Assembly: GCA_023396095.1 (NCBI GenBank)
Contig: JAEWXG010000012.1
Coordinates: 19,942 to 83,941 of the forward strand
DNA length: 64,000 nt
Direction of reading: 5' to 3'
From: Bacillota bacterium
GTDB taxonomy: Bacteria > Bacillota > Clostridia > Christensenellales > UBA3700
Shown here: piece after piece, positions 47,810 through 57,755 of the stretch
How the letters are laid out: every line of letters begins with the position of its first letter
How positions within the stretch are numbered: position 1 is the first letter of the stretch
Translations under genes and position numbers: made by a program
The notes under the pieces: generated by a model
The model's input: only the letters and a program-made list of their open reading frames with translations
What the model was told of the DNA's origin: nothing
Database searches by the model: none

Positions 47810-50800
47810 CTATTTAGATGCTTTATAATTTTCTTCACCTATTAATTTATCTAACTCTAATTTGCAAGCATAATTAAAATCTATACTTTGCATTAATTTA
47901 TATGCTTTTTTATTGCCGTTCTCGTCAATAACAACTTTACAACATTCAACATTACCAGGATAATATCTTAAAATTTCTATCAATTTATTCTGCGTATCAT
48001 TTGTTAAATCTTTCCAATTAAAATATATCTTTTTAAAAGTTTCATCATTTTCAATCGGAAAAACTTCATTAGGCATTTCATCCACCTTTAAAATCTCAAC
48101 CACATCAATCATAATTTGTGGTTTACCTGCATCTTTATCCAGATCTAATCTTCCAGAAAATATTGCTATACTATAATCATTCAAATAACTTTTAAATTTT
48201 TTTAACGCAGTATTAAACATTACTGCAGCAATAGTGCCATATTGATCACTTAAATTCATTATAGCAATTTCATTCCCAGTTTTAGTTTTTTTGATTTTTA
48301 AATCATTAATTTCTGCAAGAAATTTTACCTGTTTCTTGTCATACTCACGCTTTAACAATGATAATTCAACATTCTCTTCTTCATCTATAGATTGCTCTTC
48401 TTCATCGTTATCATCATTTTTCTCCTCAGCCTGAACATTAATCAAATCAACAATTTCAAACAATGTAAAGTACTTTTCTTTCTCAACTAAATCCTTGTAC
48501 GACTCTAACGGATGTCCTGTTATATACATATGACAAACATTTTTTTCCATTCTTAACACGTCAATTAAAGGATACTCTTGCACTACTTCAATACTTTCAT
48601 ATTCTTCTTGTGCATCACCTAATAAATTGATGTCATATAAATCAAATAAAGTTAATTGCCCTTCCTCAACTGTTTTTCTTCTTTCGATTTCATTTTTAAT
48701 GTAAAGTTCTCCGCCTATCATTAATGTAGAAATATTTTGTCCACAGGACCTAAAAGCTCCTGCCTGCACTAATGCAATTAATGTTTTCTTTTGTAATGAT
48801 TTTACATCTAGCCGACGAACCATTTCTTCAAACGACTTATATTCACCATTCTTGTCCCTTTCTCCAATTATTTCATCAACTATTTTTTCACCAACTTCTT
48901 TTAATGCAAGCATACCAAAACGAACAGCATTATTTTCAACAGAAAAATACATTCCACTTTTATTTATATCAGGAGGCAAAATTCTTATATCTTTGCTCAT
49001 GAGGTAATATAAATATTTTTTAAGATCATCAAACTTAGAAATTCGATTATTAAGCATAGCTGTAATAAATTCCAAAAAATGATATCTCTTCAAATATGCT
49101 GTTTGATATGAAATATGGGCATAAGCTGCCGCATGTGACTTATTAAATGCATAAGCTGCAAACTTCGACATTTCCTCATATATTTTTGTTGCAACTTCTT
49201 CAGATACTCCCATGTTAACTGCACCTTTAGCAGGCGCTTGATATGGAATCTTTATAGTCCCATCAGGATGCCTCTCCTCTTTTGTTTCAGGATATCCATA
49301 CAAAAAACGAACTTTTTCTTTTTCCATTTCTTTTGGTTTTTTCTTAGACATAATTCTTCTAATTGCATCAGCTCCACCAAAAGAATATCCGGCCAATTCT
49401 TTAACTATTTGCATAACCTGCTCTTGATAAACCATATAGCCATATGTAACATTCAAAATTTTTTCAAGTTTCGGATGCAAATATTTTACTAATTCTGGAT
49501 TCCTTTTACACTGAATATATTTATCAATATTCTCCATAGGACCAGGTCTATATAAAGAAATTCCAGCTATTATATCTTCCATACAGGATGGTTTATAATT
49601 CTTCATGAACTTTTGCATGCCTCCAGATTCTAATTGAAATACACCATATGTATCTCCAGATGCAATTAATTCATAAACATTAGGATCTTCATATCCTAAC
49701 TCATTAAAGTTTATTACTTCCCCTGTCTTTTTTTGCACATATTTTTTAGCTAAATCAATATCTGTTAATGTATTCAATGCTAAAAAATCCATTTTTAGCA
49801 TTCCCAATTTTTCCACTTCGTCTTTAGTAAATTGAGTATTTAAAAATCCACCACTTAAGTAAAGTGGAACATAATCAGAAATTACCTCTTTACATATAAC
49901 AACTCCGGCAGCGTGAGTACCGGTATTTTTAGGCATTCCTTCCAATTTTCTAGAAACATCTAATATCTTCTTTATTTGTACATTATTGTTATATAAATCA
50001 ATAAGTTCTGCAGATGAAAAATCATCTTCCCCCGGCTTAGGCTTTTTTATCCCAAGAACTTGATCCAAAGAAGCTTTAGGGGATATAAATTTAGTATATT
50101 TATTAGATTCTTCAAAACTCATTCCATAAACTTTAGCAACACTCTTAAAAACATTTCTTGCAGCAAGCGTTCCAAAGGTAATTATTTGACAAACTTTCTC
50201 TTGCCCATATTTTTCTATAACATACTCAATTACTTCATGCCTTCTCGCAAAACAAAAATCAATATCAAAATCTGGATTTGAAACCCTTTCTGGATTTAAA
50301 AATCTATCAAAAATTAAGTTGTATTTTAAGGGATCAACATCAGTAATTCCTATTGCATAAGCAATGATTGAACCAACCCCACTACCTCTCCCCGGACCAA
50401 CTGGTATTTTTTTAGATTTTGCATAATAAATAAAATCCCATACTATCAAATAGTATTCGGCAAAACCCATGCTTATAATAACACCAAGTTCTATATCAGC
50501 TCTCTCTCTTATTTCGTCAGTTATAGTTTTATATCTTTTTTCTAATCCTTCATATGAAATTCTTCTTAAAAATTCTTCCGCAGTTTCTCCAGTGCTTGGT
50601 CTATATGGAGGAAATAACTTATGTGGTGTAATAACAACATTACATTTATCAACAATCTCTTGCGTATTATCAAGCGCTTCTTGCACATGCGGAAATATTT
50701 CCAACATCTCATCATATGTTTTTAAATAGTATTGATCATTATTAAATTTTAATCTTGTAGGATCTTCAATATTTTTTCCTGTTTGTATACAAAGCAAAAC

Positions 50801-51535
50801 ATCATGACTTTCTGCATCTTCCCTATTTAAATAATGAACATCATTTGTTGCAATTAATTTAATATTTAGTTTTTTAGCCATTTCAATAATCTTAGGATTA
50901 ACAAATTTTTGGTCCGGCAAATCATGATTTTGGATCTCTAAATAATAATCTTCCCCAAATAAATTTTTCATATATTCAGCATGTTCATACGCAGCATTAA
51001 AACGCTGTTGTAAAAACATTTGTGATATTTGCCCTTGTATACATGCTGATAAACAAATTAACCCTTTAGAATGTTTTTCCAATAAATTTAGATCAATTCT
51101 TGGCTTGCTATAAAATCCTTCCGTATAAGACAAAGACGATAATTTTACCAAATTTCTATATCCTTCTTCATTTTTTGCTATTAAAATTAAATGATATCTT
51201 TCTTTAGAATTAATGGACATACCACCTTTTACTGTCATATCATGAGCCACATAAAACTCCGATCCCATTAAAAGTTTTAAATACTCTGGTTCCTTTGCAT
51301 TTGGATCTTCTTTCAACTTATTTTTATATTCTTCTTTTAAATTTTTGTTAAAGGCATCGAATGCCGTTTGGGCTTTATATAATGCCATAATATTACCATG
51401 GTCCGTAATTGCAACCGCTCTCATTCCCTTATCATAAACATTCTTTGCCAACTCACTGATTTTACAAGCCCCATCTAAAAGACTATATTCTGTGTGTAAA
51501 TGCAAATGTGTAAATTGTCTCATCATATTCTCCAT
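47810..51535 (-). CDS. dnaE: DNA polymerase III alpha subunit DnaE
   Basis: 1241 aa. N-terminal PHP domain (FTHLHLHTEYSLLDGA), the polymerase core, and an OB-fold-like C-terminus. A GGAG SD favours a start at the ATG ATG pair at 51526/51523. Confidence 0.93.
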   Translation of the reverse strand: MENMMRQFTHLHLHTEYSLLDGACKISELAKNVYDKGMRAVAITDHGNIMALYKAQTAFDAFNKNLKEEYKNKLKEDPNAKEPEYLKLLMGSEFYVAHDMTVKGGMSINSKERYHLILIAKNEEGYRNLVKLSSLSYTEGFYSKPRIDLNLLEKHSKGLICLSACIQGQISQMFLQQRFNAAYEHAEYMKNLFGEDYYLEIQNHDLPDQKFVNPKIIEMAKKLNIKLIATNDVHYLNREDAESHDVLLCIQTGKNIEDPTRLKFNNDQYYLKTYDEMLEIFPHVQEALDNTQEIVDKCNVVITPHKLFPPYRPSTGETAEEFLRRISYEGLEKRYKTITDEIRERADIELGVIISMGFAEYYLIVWDFIYYAKSKKIPVGPGRGSGVGSIIAYAIGITDVDPLKYNLIFDRFLNPERVSNPDFDIDFCFARRHEVIEYVIEKYGQEKVCQIITFGTLAARNVFKSVAKVYGMSFEESNKYTKFISPKASLDQVLGIKKPKPGEDDFSSAELIDLYNNNVQIKKILDVSRKLEGMPKNTGTHAAGVVICKEVISDYVPLYLSGGFLNTQFTKDEVEKLGMLKMDFLALNTLTDIDLAKKYVQKKTGEVINFNELGYEDPNVYELIASGDTYGVFQLESGGMQKFMKNYKPSCMEDIIAGISLYRPGPMENIDKYIQCKRNPELVKYLHPKLEKILNVTYGYMVYQEQVMQIVKELAGYSFGGADAIRRIMSKKKPKEMEKEKVRFLYGYPETKEERHPDGTIKIPYQAPAKGAVNMGVSEEVATKIYEEMSKFAAYAFNKSHAAAYAHISYQTAYLKRYHFLEFITAMLNNRISKFDDLKKYLYYLMSKDIRILPPDINKSGMYFSVENNAVRFGMLALKEVGEKIVDEIIGERDKNGEYKSFEEMVRRLDVKSLQKKTLIALVQAGAFRSCGQNISTLMIGGELYIKNEIERRKTVEEGQLTLFDLYDINLLGDAQEEYESIEVVQEYPLIDVLRMEKNVCHMYITGHPLESYKDLVEKEKYFTLFEIVDLINVQAEEKNDDNDEEEQSIDEEENVELSLLKREYDKKQVKFLAEINDLKIKKTKTGNEIAIMNLSDQYGTIAAVMFNTALKKFKSYLNDYSIAIFSGRLDLDKDAGKPQIMIDVVEILKVDEMPNEVFPIENDETFKKIYFNWKDLTNDTQNKLIEILRYYPGNVECCKVVIDENGNKKAYKLMQSIDFNYACKLELDKLIGEENYKASK

Positions 51536-51539
51536 TTAA

Positions 51540-52475
51540 TTAATCTATACCTTCAGCAATATCCATAATCTTTTTAAATCTGTGATTTATTCCACTTTTA
51601 CTAATTCCAACAATAGCTGCAATTTCATCCAATGAAAGCTCTTTATTGTTAATTCTTATTTCAGCAACTTCTTTTAATTTCTTATCCAATTTATCAAACT
51701 GATTAGCATTAATAATCTTTTCAATAGCAAAATATTGTGCTTCTGAAGCATTTATGGTCTTATCTAAGTTCGCTATATAACAATTATTTTGTCTATTAAT
51801 TTGATTTCTAATTGTTCTGTTCGCAATTATATTATTCATCTCAAACACGATATCACTAGCGCCCAATAACGCTAAAACATCACTAATTTGAGAACTGTCC
51901 TTTAAATATACCGAAAACATGTCCTCTCTCTCAATTTCTTTTCCATTAATCCCATAGTTTGCTAGTATACTCACAACAAAATCTGCAACTTCTTTATCCT
52001 TCAATAAAAATTCTAAATGGTACCCCTGCTTTTCATCCACATCCGGAAAATATATACTCCCTTGGGATAAAAAAATTGCTTGTATGAAAGCCACGGTTTC
52101 TTCTGGCTCATATTTGATATTATGGAATGGGAATATTTTTATTATCTTGCCTTCTTTGTTAAATTCACACCATTTCAAATCAGATAATATTTTATAAACA
52201 GTTTTACCTTCAATAATACCTTTATAAACTTTTTTTGCTGCATTTGTTGTTGTATATTCTATACTAATTGTATCTTTATATATCCCCTGAAAATATTCAT
52301 TAAACTTAAATAAAGTTCTATAATTGTGAGAAACTATTTCAATTTTTAATGTATTATTATCATTCTCTAAAATCCCATCTGCCTTCAAAATTCCATTCAT
52401 AAAAGCTAAAATTGATTTTTTTTCACTTATATTATTTGTTAGCAATTCTTCATATACTTCATTTGTTCTATTCAT
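51540..52475 (-). CDS. whiA: DNA-binding protein WhiA
   Basis: 311 aa. Degenerate LAGLIDADG-like core and a C-terminal HTH (LSLDEIAAIVGISKSGINHRFKKI). Confidence 0.85.
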   Translation of the reverse strand: MNRTNEVYEELLTNNISEKKSILAFMNGILKADGILENDNNTLKIEIVSHNYRTLFKFNEYFQGIYKDTISIEYTTTNAAKKVYKGIIEGKTVYKILSDLKWCEFNKEGKIIKIFPFHNIKYEPEETVAFIQAIFLSQGSIYFPDVDEKQGYHLEFLLKDKEVADFVVSILANYGINGKEIEREDMFSVYLKDSSQISDVLALLGASDIVFEMNNIIANRTIRNQINRQNNCYIANLDKTINASEAQYFAIEKIINANQFDKLDKKLKEVAEIRINNKELSLDEIAAIVGISKSGINHRFKKIMDIAEGID

Positions 52476-52485
52476 TTTTTAAACT

Positions 52486-53292
52486 CTACTTAAATAAATT
52501 TTCTACCGAGGTAAAATTATGTGACCTCAATTTGATAAAGCGATTCCCAATATTATCAATCCTTTCGATTGGTACATTAAATTTTTTAATAATGCTCAAC
52601 GCAAAATCTACTTTACCGATATTATTAACTTTATGCGCATCAGAATTCAAAACAAACTTAACATTTGTTTTATTAAAAATTTGATCGTATTCATCATCCG
52701 TCAAATCACAATGCCTTGATGAAAGTTCTAGATATGTCCCATACTCTTCTGCAACTTTGGCAATTTCTAAAACATCCGTTTTAATCTCTCTATTAATATG
52801 TGAAATTATGTCTATTTTATATTTTTTAATAGCGTTTATATACATCTTTGTTGCTGCTGTTTTTTGCCGTTTTGTTTGCCACTTTGATGAAATTAATGAA
52901 GGAACAAAAATTTTAAAGGCATCTTTAATACTAGATGGAAGTGCCGTTTTATGATATCCACATACTACTATATCCAATAGGCCTGGATATTTTCGAGGAT
53001 AATCAATTTCGCCATTTTCTCCTTTAAAATTCATTTCTATGCCCAACAATACTTTTGTGGATAATGATGATGCATTAATATCATCTATTTCTTTTCTCAT
53101 TTTTGGAAGATCAGACTCTCTTAGACCAAAAATCATATGATCTAACCCGTGATCAGTAATTGCCAAATATTTTATACCTTTTGCACTTGCCATTTCATAA
53201 TTATCTAAAATAGTGCCCTTCCCGTGGCTATATTTTGTATGAGAATGATAATCTGCATTAATTAATAGATTTTCCAAAATCACTACCAGCAA
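52486..53292 (-). CDS. PHP-domain phosphoesterase (histidinol-phosphatase family)
   Basis: 268 aa. Motifs ADYHSHTKYSHG and ITDHG and a C-terminal SDAH. The start codon is uncertain (TTG at 53292). Confidence 0.7.
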   Translation of the reverse strand: MLVVILENLLINADYHSHTKYSHGKGTILDNYEMASAKGIKYLAITDHGLDHMIFGLRESDLPKMRKEIDDINASSLSTKVLLGIEMNFKGENGEIDYPRKYPGLLDIVVCGYHKTALPSSIKDAFKIFVPSLISSKWQTKRQKTAATKMYINAIKKYKIDIISHINREIKTDVLEIAKVAEEYGTYLELSSRHCDLTDDEYDQIFNKTNVKFVLNSDAHKVNNIGKVDFALSIIKKFNVPIERIDNIGNRFIKLRSHNFTSVENLFK

Positions 53293-53431
53293 GTTTTACT
53301 TGTTCCTTATTAATATTCTATATTATATTAACATGCTAATGGGGAGTATTCATCTTATTTAAAAATTTTTATTTGTTAAATTTTTATTATATTAATTGCT
53401 TTAACTTTTATTACAAAGTTTTGATATAATT

Positions 53432-54283
53432 ATGATTATGGATAAACATACATTTTCTTTTGAAGATTTTCTAAACAAAATAGGATTTCAAGACAATGAA
53501 ATCGAAAAAATCAATAATGTGTCGATCTCAAATTTCAAGGTTAACGTTTTCCAAAAAGCCTTAACGATTAATGAATATTTATTTTACAGCTTATTAAGTA
53601 ATAGCAAAGCAAAAGATATTGAACTTTATAATTTAAAACTATTCCTTTTGCTAGCATATAATCAATTTAATAAATCATTAAAATTTTTCATTACTGAAGA
53701 AGCCGCTCTTACTCATTACTCAACACTACTTACAATAGCCGTGAATGATAAATTGAAATTAAAAAAATTAGGAATTTCAAATATTATTTATGCTACTCGC
53801 TTGATTAATCAAAGAATAGTTCGGCTTTCCTGTCTTGAGTTTCAAGAAGTCATGTTAAAAAAAGAAACTGTTTTAGGAGAAAAAAAATATAAGAAACGAA
53901 CAAAAGCCGTTAATATCATTATCCCAGATTTTACGCAATTTACATACGAAAAAGCTAAAAATGATTTATTAACAGCTTTTAAAAAATATAAAAAATATAG
54001 TCTATATGTATGTGCTCATTGGATGTTAAGCCCTAAATTTTTAGATAATTTAGATTCTAATCACGATATAATTAAATTTGCTAAATTATTTAAAATTTAT
54101 CACGTCTTCAATGAAACCCAAAATCCTGAACTTGAAATTATAAAAACGTATAAAAGCAAAAAAGAGCATACTAATATAGAAAATGATTTGATTGATTTAA
54201 TAAAAAAATATTCCTTAGAAAAAACTTCAATAGGTCTTGCTAGAGGAATATTTATTAAAAACGAAGTAAAATCTATTTTATAA
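53432..54283 (+). CDS. Hypothetical protein; C-terminus resembles the GNAT-like C-terminal domain of DUF5596-type acyltransferases
   Basis: 283 aa. The pattern IIIPDF...AFKKYKK...YVCAHWMLSPKFLDNLDSNHDIIKFAKLF recalls that family (recollection only). No SD. A TGaTATAAT element abuts the start. Confidence 0.4.
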   Translation: MIMDKHTFSFEDFLNKIGFQDNEIEKINNVSISNFKVNVFQKALTINEYLFYSLLSNSKAKDIELYNLKLFLLLAYNQFNKSLKFFITEEAALTHYSTLLTIAVNDKLKLKKLGISNIIYATRLINQRIVRLSCLEFQEVMLKKETVLGEKKYKKRTKAVNIIIPDFTQFTYEKAKNDLLTAFKKYKKYSLYVCAHWMLSPKFLDNLDSNHDIIKFAKLFKIYHVFNETQNPELEIIKTYKSKKEHTNIENDLIDLIKKYSLEKTSIGLARGIFIKNEVKSIL

Positions 54284-55589
54284 ACGCTTTATAAATTGCT
54301 TTAATCGCATTTTCATAATCAGACGATTGAACACCAAGAATAATATTTAATTCACTACTTCCTTGATCAATCATTCTAATATTTATATTAGCTTTTGCTA
54401 GAGCAGTAAATATAATCGATGCAGTTCCAACTTTATTAGACATTCCGTGCCCAACTACTGCTATAATTGCAATATCGTTAATTATTTCAATTTTATCAGG
54501 GCTTACAGTTTCTTTTATTGTTTTGATTAATTTTTCAGTATTAATTCCTAAATCACTTTCTGCTATAACAACACTAATAGTATCAATACCAGATGGCATA
54601 TGCTCAAATGAAATACCAAATGTCTCTAAAATCGATAGAACTTTCCTTGCAAAGCCTAATTCACTATTCATCATTGATTTTTCAATATAAATTATTGAAT
54701 ATCCCTTTCTCCCCGCGATACCTGTAATTGTCTCTTCCATATTACATTCACCTATATTAGACACAATTCTAGTACCAGGATTATCTTTTTCAAATGTATT
54801 TCTTATATTAATTGGTATTGACAATTTTCTAACTGGAAAAATGGATTCTGGGTGTAACACATCAGCGCCCATATATGCAAGCTCTCTTAATTCTCTGTAT
54901 GTTAAAGTTGATATTCTTTTTGGATTTTCTATTATTCTTGGGTCAGCCACCATGAAACCATTTACATCTGTCCAATTCTCGTAAACATCTGCTTCTAATG
55001 CTCCGGCAATAATTGCACCAGTTATGTCAGAACCTCCACGGCTAAAAGTCTTGATATTATCAAACTCATCCATTCCATAAAATCCAGGAATTACAGCATA
55101 CTTAACATTTTTTAATCTTTTTCTAATTTTTAAATTAGTTGCTTCTTTCTGCCACTCACCTTCTTCATTAAAAACAATTAATTCAGTAGCATCTATAAAT
55201 TCATAGCCTAATGCTTTTGATAGAACTAATGCTGATAGATATTCACCACGTGATGCACAAAAATCAGCCGTTCTATATTTAAGCATATCATTTTCAGTTT
55301 CGTGCAAGTAACTTGCAATATCAAAATCTAAATTTAAATCACTAGCAATTTCTAAAAAGCGATCACGTATTTTAGAAAAAGTAACTCTACATTCATTCGC
55401 TAGTTCAATATCGTGGTAGCAGACATATAATAAATCCGTAACTTTTTTATCTGTCTTAAATCTTTTTCCGGGGGCAGAAACAATTACAAATCTTCTCTCT
55501 GGATCCTCTTTTACTATTTCACATACTCTTTTTATTGAACTGGCATCTGCCATTGATGTTCCACCAAATTTTAAAACTTTAAGTCCCAT
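54273..55589 (-). CDS. lysC: Aspartate kinase
   Basis: 438 aa from ATG 55589 (SD GGAGA). MGLKVLKFGGTSMADASS N-terminus and C-terminal ACT repeats. The first 60 codons of the track ORF overlap the upstream gene and are rejected. Confidence 0.9.
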   Translation of the reverse strand: MGLKVLKFGGTSMADASSIKRVCEIVKEDPERRFVIVSAPGKRFKTDKKVTDLLYVCYHDIELANECRVTFSKIRDRFLEIASDLNLDFDIASYLHETENDMLKYRTADFCASRGEYLSALVLSKALGYEFIDATELIVFNEEGEWQKEATNLKIRKRLKNVKYAVIPGFYGMDEFDNIKTFSRGGSDITGAIIAGALEADVYENWTDVNGFMVADPRIIENPKRISTLTYRELRELAYMGADVLHPESIFPVRKLSIPINIRNTFEKDNPGTRIVSNIGECNMEETITGIAGRKGYSIIYIEKSMMNSELGFARKVLSILETFGISFEHMPSGIDTISVVIAESDLGINTEKLIKTIKETVSPDKIEIINDIAIIAVVGHGMSNKVGTASIIFTALAKANINIRMIDQGSSELNIILGVQSSDYENAIKAIYKAFIK

Positions 55590-55602
55590 ATATATCTCCG
55601 TA

Positions 55603-56793
55603 TTATAAAATCTTTCTTCCTTCAAAATAATATCTTTTATCTTCTGCAATCCCCATTGAAAATGCTTTGCGTGGAAGAACTCCCCTACGACTAACATAAT
55701 CAAAAAGTTGATTCTTCTGTATAGTTGGCATAAATATTGCAATACCATTTTTAGCGTTTGCAACTTCAATCAAATAATCATCCCCATGTATATAATCAAT
55801 TTCAACTTGATTGTTGTTTTTAATATACTCATCAAGGGCATCTTGAATGTCTTTAATTGCATCCGTTGCCTCTTTTACCTTCAAAAGATATTCTACTCCT
55901 CCATAAAACATCTTAACAACATTATTCCCAGATAATTTATTTTGTAAATATTGAATTAAATCTTGACCCGCATTTAAAACAACTCTATGTATAGGTTCAA
56001 ATTCTAAACTATCATCATAGATACTTACCAACTCACAAAGAGCATATTGAGCTGGATGCCCCTGTTTAGCCCCTTGCTTTTTTAAATTTTCCCAATTAGC
56101 TTTTGCCGCCGCTAAAGAATGATTACCATCTCCAACAGCAAATAACATCTGCGGATTATTATTTAAAAGTTTCATTATAGTTTCTACTACAACATCACTA
56201 TTAGGAACCTTATACCCAGTTAAGTGTCCGCCGTTCATATTTAACTTGAAATCATATAACTTCCTCATTGAAGAAACATTCTGATATAACTTCTTTATAA
56301 TTTGCTCTTTTTTATCATCCATTAACAACATAATATGAGGAAATTCTAATGTTGCATTTTTTCTTATTTCAATTCTCACCGGCAACCTTTCAACAACCGT
56401 CTTTTCTGTAGCCTTGATTAAAGCTGTATTGCACTCAGTGTAGTCGTAGTCGTCAAGATTAATCTCAATCATAATTCCTAATCTTTTTTTGCCATTTTTA
56501 AGTTCTCTCTCTACTAAAATAAGTGAAGCACATTCAACAAAATTTTTATCATTTTGATATTTTTTCATCGTCTCATTAATTTGATCAATTTTATTGCTAT
56601 TATCTTCAGATAAATAAATTTCAGGAAAAATCATATTCAAAATAGATACTTCATCCCCAACAAATCCTCTAAGTTCATCCCAGTATTTAGGTTGAGACGT
56701 AAACTGATCGCAAGCAATTACAGCATATTTTGATTTATCAATTCCTTCTTTTGGTAAAAGAATTCTTGGAACTTTTACTACATTACTACTCAT
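55603..56793 (-). CDS. DUF1015-family protein
   Basis: 396 aa. N-terminal pattern VPRILLPKEGIDKSKYAVIACDQFTSQPKYW is typical of DUF1015. Confidence 0.7.
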   Translation of the reverse strand: MSSNVVKVPRILLPKEGIDKSKYAVIACDQFTSQPKYWDELRGFVGDEVSILNMIFPEIYLSEDNSNKIDQINETMKKYQNDKNFVECASLILVERELKNGKKRLGIMIEINLDDYDYTECNTALIKATEKTVVERLPVRIEIRKNATLEFPHIMLLMDDKKEQIIKKLYQNVSSMRKLYDFKLNMNGGHLTGYKVPNSDVVVETIMKLLNNNPQMLFAVGDGNHSLAAAKANWENLKKQGAKQGHPAQYALCELVSIYDDSLEFEPIHRVVLNAGQDLIQYLQNKLSGNNVVKMFYGGVEYLLKVKEATDAIKDIQDALDEYIKNNNQVEIDYIHGDDYLIEVANAKNGIAIFMPTIQKNQLFDYVSRRGVLPRKAFSMGIAEDKRYYFEGRKIL

Positions 56794-56798
56794 CTTAA

Positions 56799-57620
56799 TT
56801 AATCCTCCGAATCAACGTTCAAATCGCCTTTTAAAACCTCTAAAATTTGTTCGTTTAACTGCTCTGGTGTCATATATCTCTTTAAGCGTCCACCTATTGC
56901 AATACTAATAACTCCATTTTCTTCACTATTTACTACCGCTAATACATTCATACTTTCACTAACACCAATTGCTGCCCTATGTCTTGTCCCTAATTCTGGA
57001 GATATTGCAGATGAATCGGAGTTTGGCAATAAACAACCGGCCGCCAAAATCATATCCCCCTTTATTAGAACCGCACCATCATGAAGAGGTCCTTTAGTAG
57101 AAAAGATACTCTCAAGCAATGATGCAGAAACTTTAGCATTTAGAATTGTTCCTGATTCAATTAATTTATCATCAAAATCATCAGGTGTTATTACCATCAA
57201 TGCCCCAACACTATTTTTTGAAAAAGTTCTACAAGCCTTAACTATTTCTGAAGAAGCAACTATTAAATCTTCTTCAGATGATCTTGTAATTAATACCTTG
57301 CGTCTATCTAACGATCTTGCAAGCCTTGTCATAAGTGTCCTTATATCTTGTTGATAATGCATTATATTTATAACAATCAAGGCAAAAAAACCCATTCTAA
57401 TCAAATCTAAAGTAATTGTCAAATTTCCTGTATATTTATTAATTATCCAAATAATCACATAAAAAATGAGAAATAGTAAATTTACTAAAAAAATACGCAT
57501 TGCTTTTTTATGTTTATAAAAAAAGAATAAAGGAATAAGCATACAAGCTATTAAAATAACATCAAAAACTATCGACCAATGCGCTTTTGCTGTTGCTCCT
57601 AATTTTAAAATTGCAAACAT
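56799..57620 (-). CDS. cdaA: Diadenylate cyclase CdaA (membrane-anchored DAC domain)
   Basis: 273 aa. Three N-terminal TM helices, and a DAC domain with LHDGAVLI and GTRHRAAIG motifs. Confidence 0.9.
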   Translation of the reverse strand: MFAILKLGATAKAHWSIVFDVILIACMLIPLFFFYKHKKAMRIFLVNLLFLIFYVIIWIINKYTGNLTITLDLIRMGFFALIVINIMHYQQDIRTLMTRLARSLDRRKVLITRSSEEDLIVASSEIVKACRTFSKNSVGALMVITPDDFDDKLIESGTILNAKVSASLLESIFSTKGPLHDGAVLIKGDMILAAGCLLPNSDSSAISPELGTRHRAAIGVSESMNVLAVVNSEENGVISIAIGGRLKRYMTPEQLNEQILEVLKGDLNVDSED

Positions 57621-57755
57621 AAACTAATCTCCCGAGGTAATAAAATAACTACTTTGATACTATTATATATATATAATTTCAAAAATAAAGTAAATTGCAA
57701 TTCCCTTTATAAATTTTCATTAATATAATGCATAAAACGAAAAGTCAAAATGATA

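Noticed and set aside
55590-55769. 60-codon N-terminal extension of the aspartate kinase ORF (MKLQTLKMVLQ...).
   Set aside because: It overlaps the 3' end of the DUF1015 gene in another frame. The canonical MGLKVLKFGGTS start at 55589 has a GGAGA SD.
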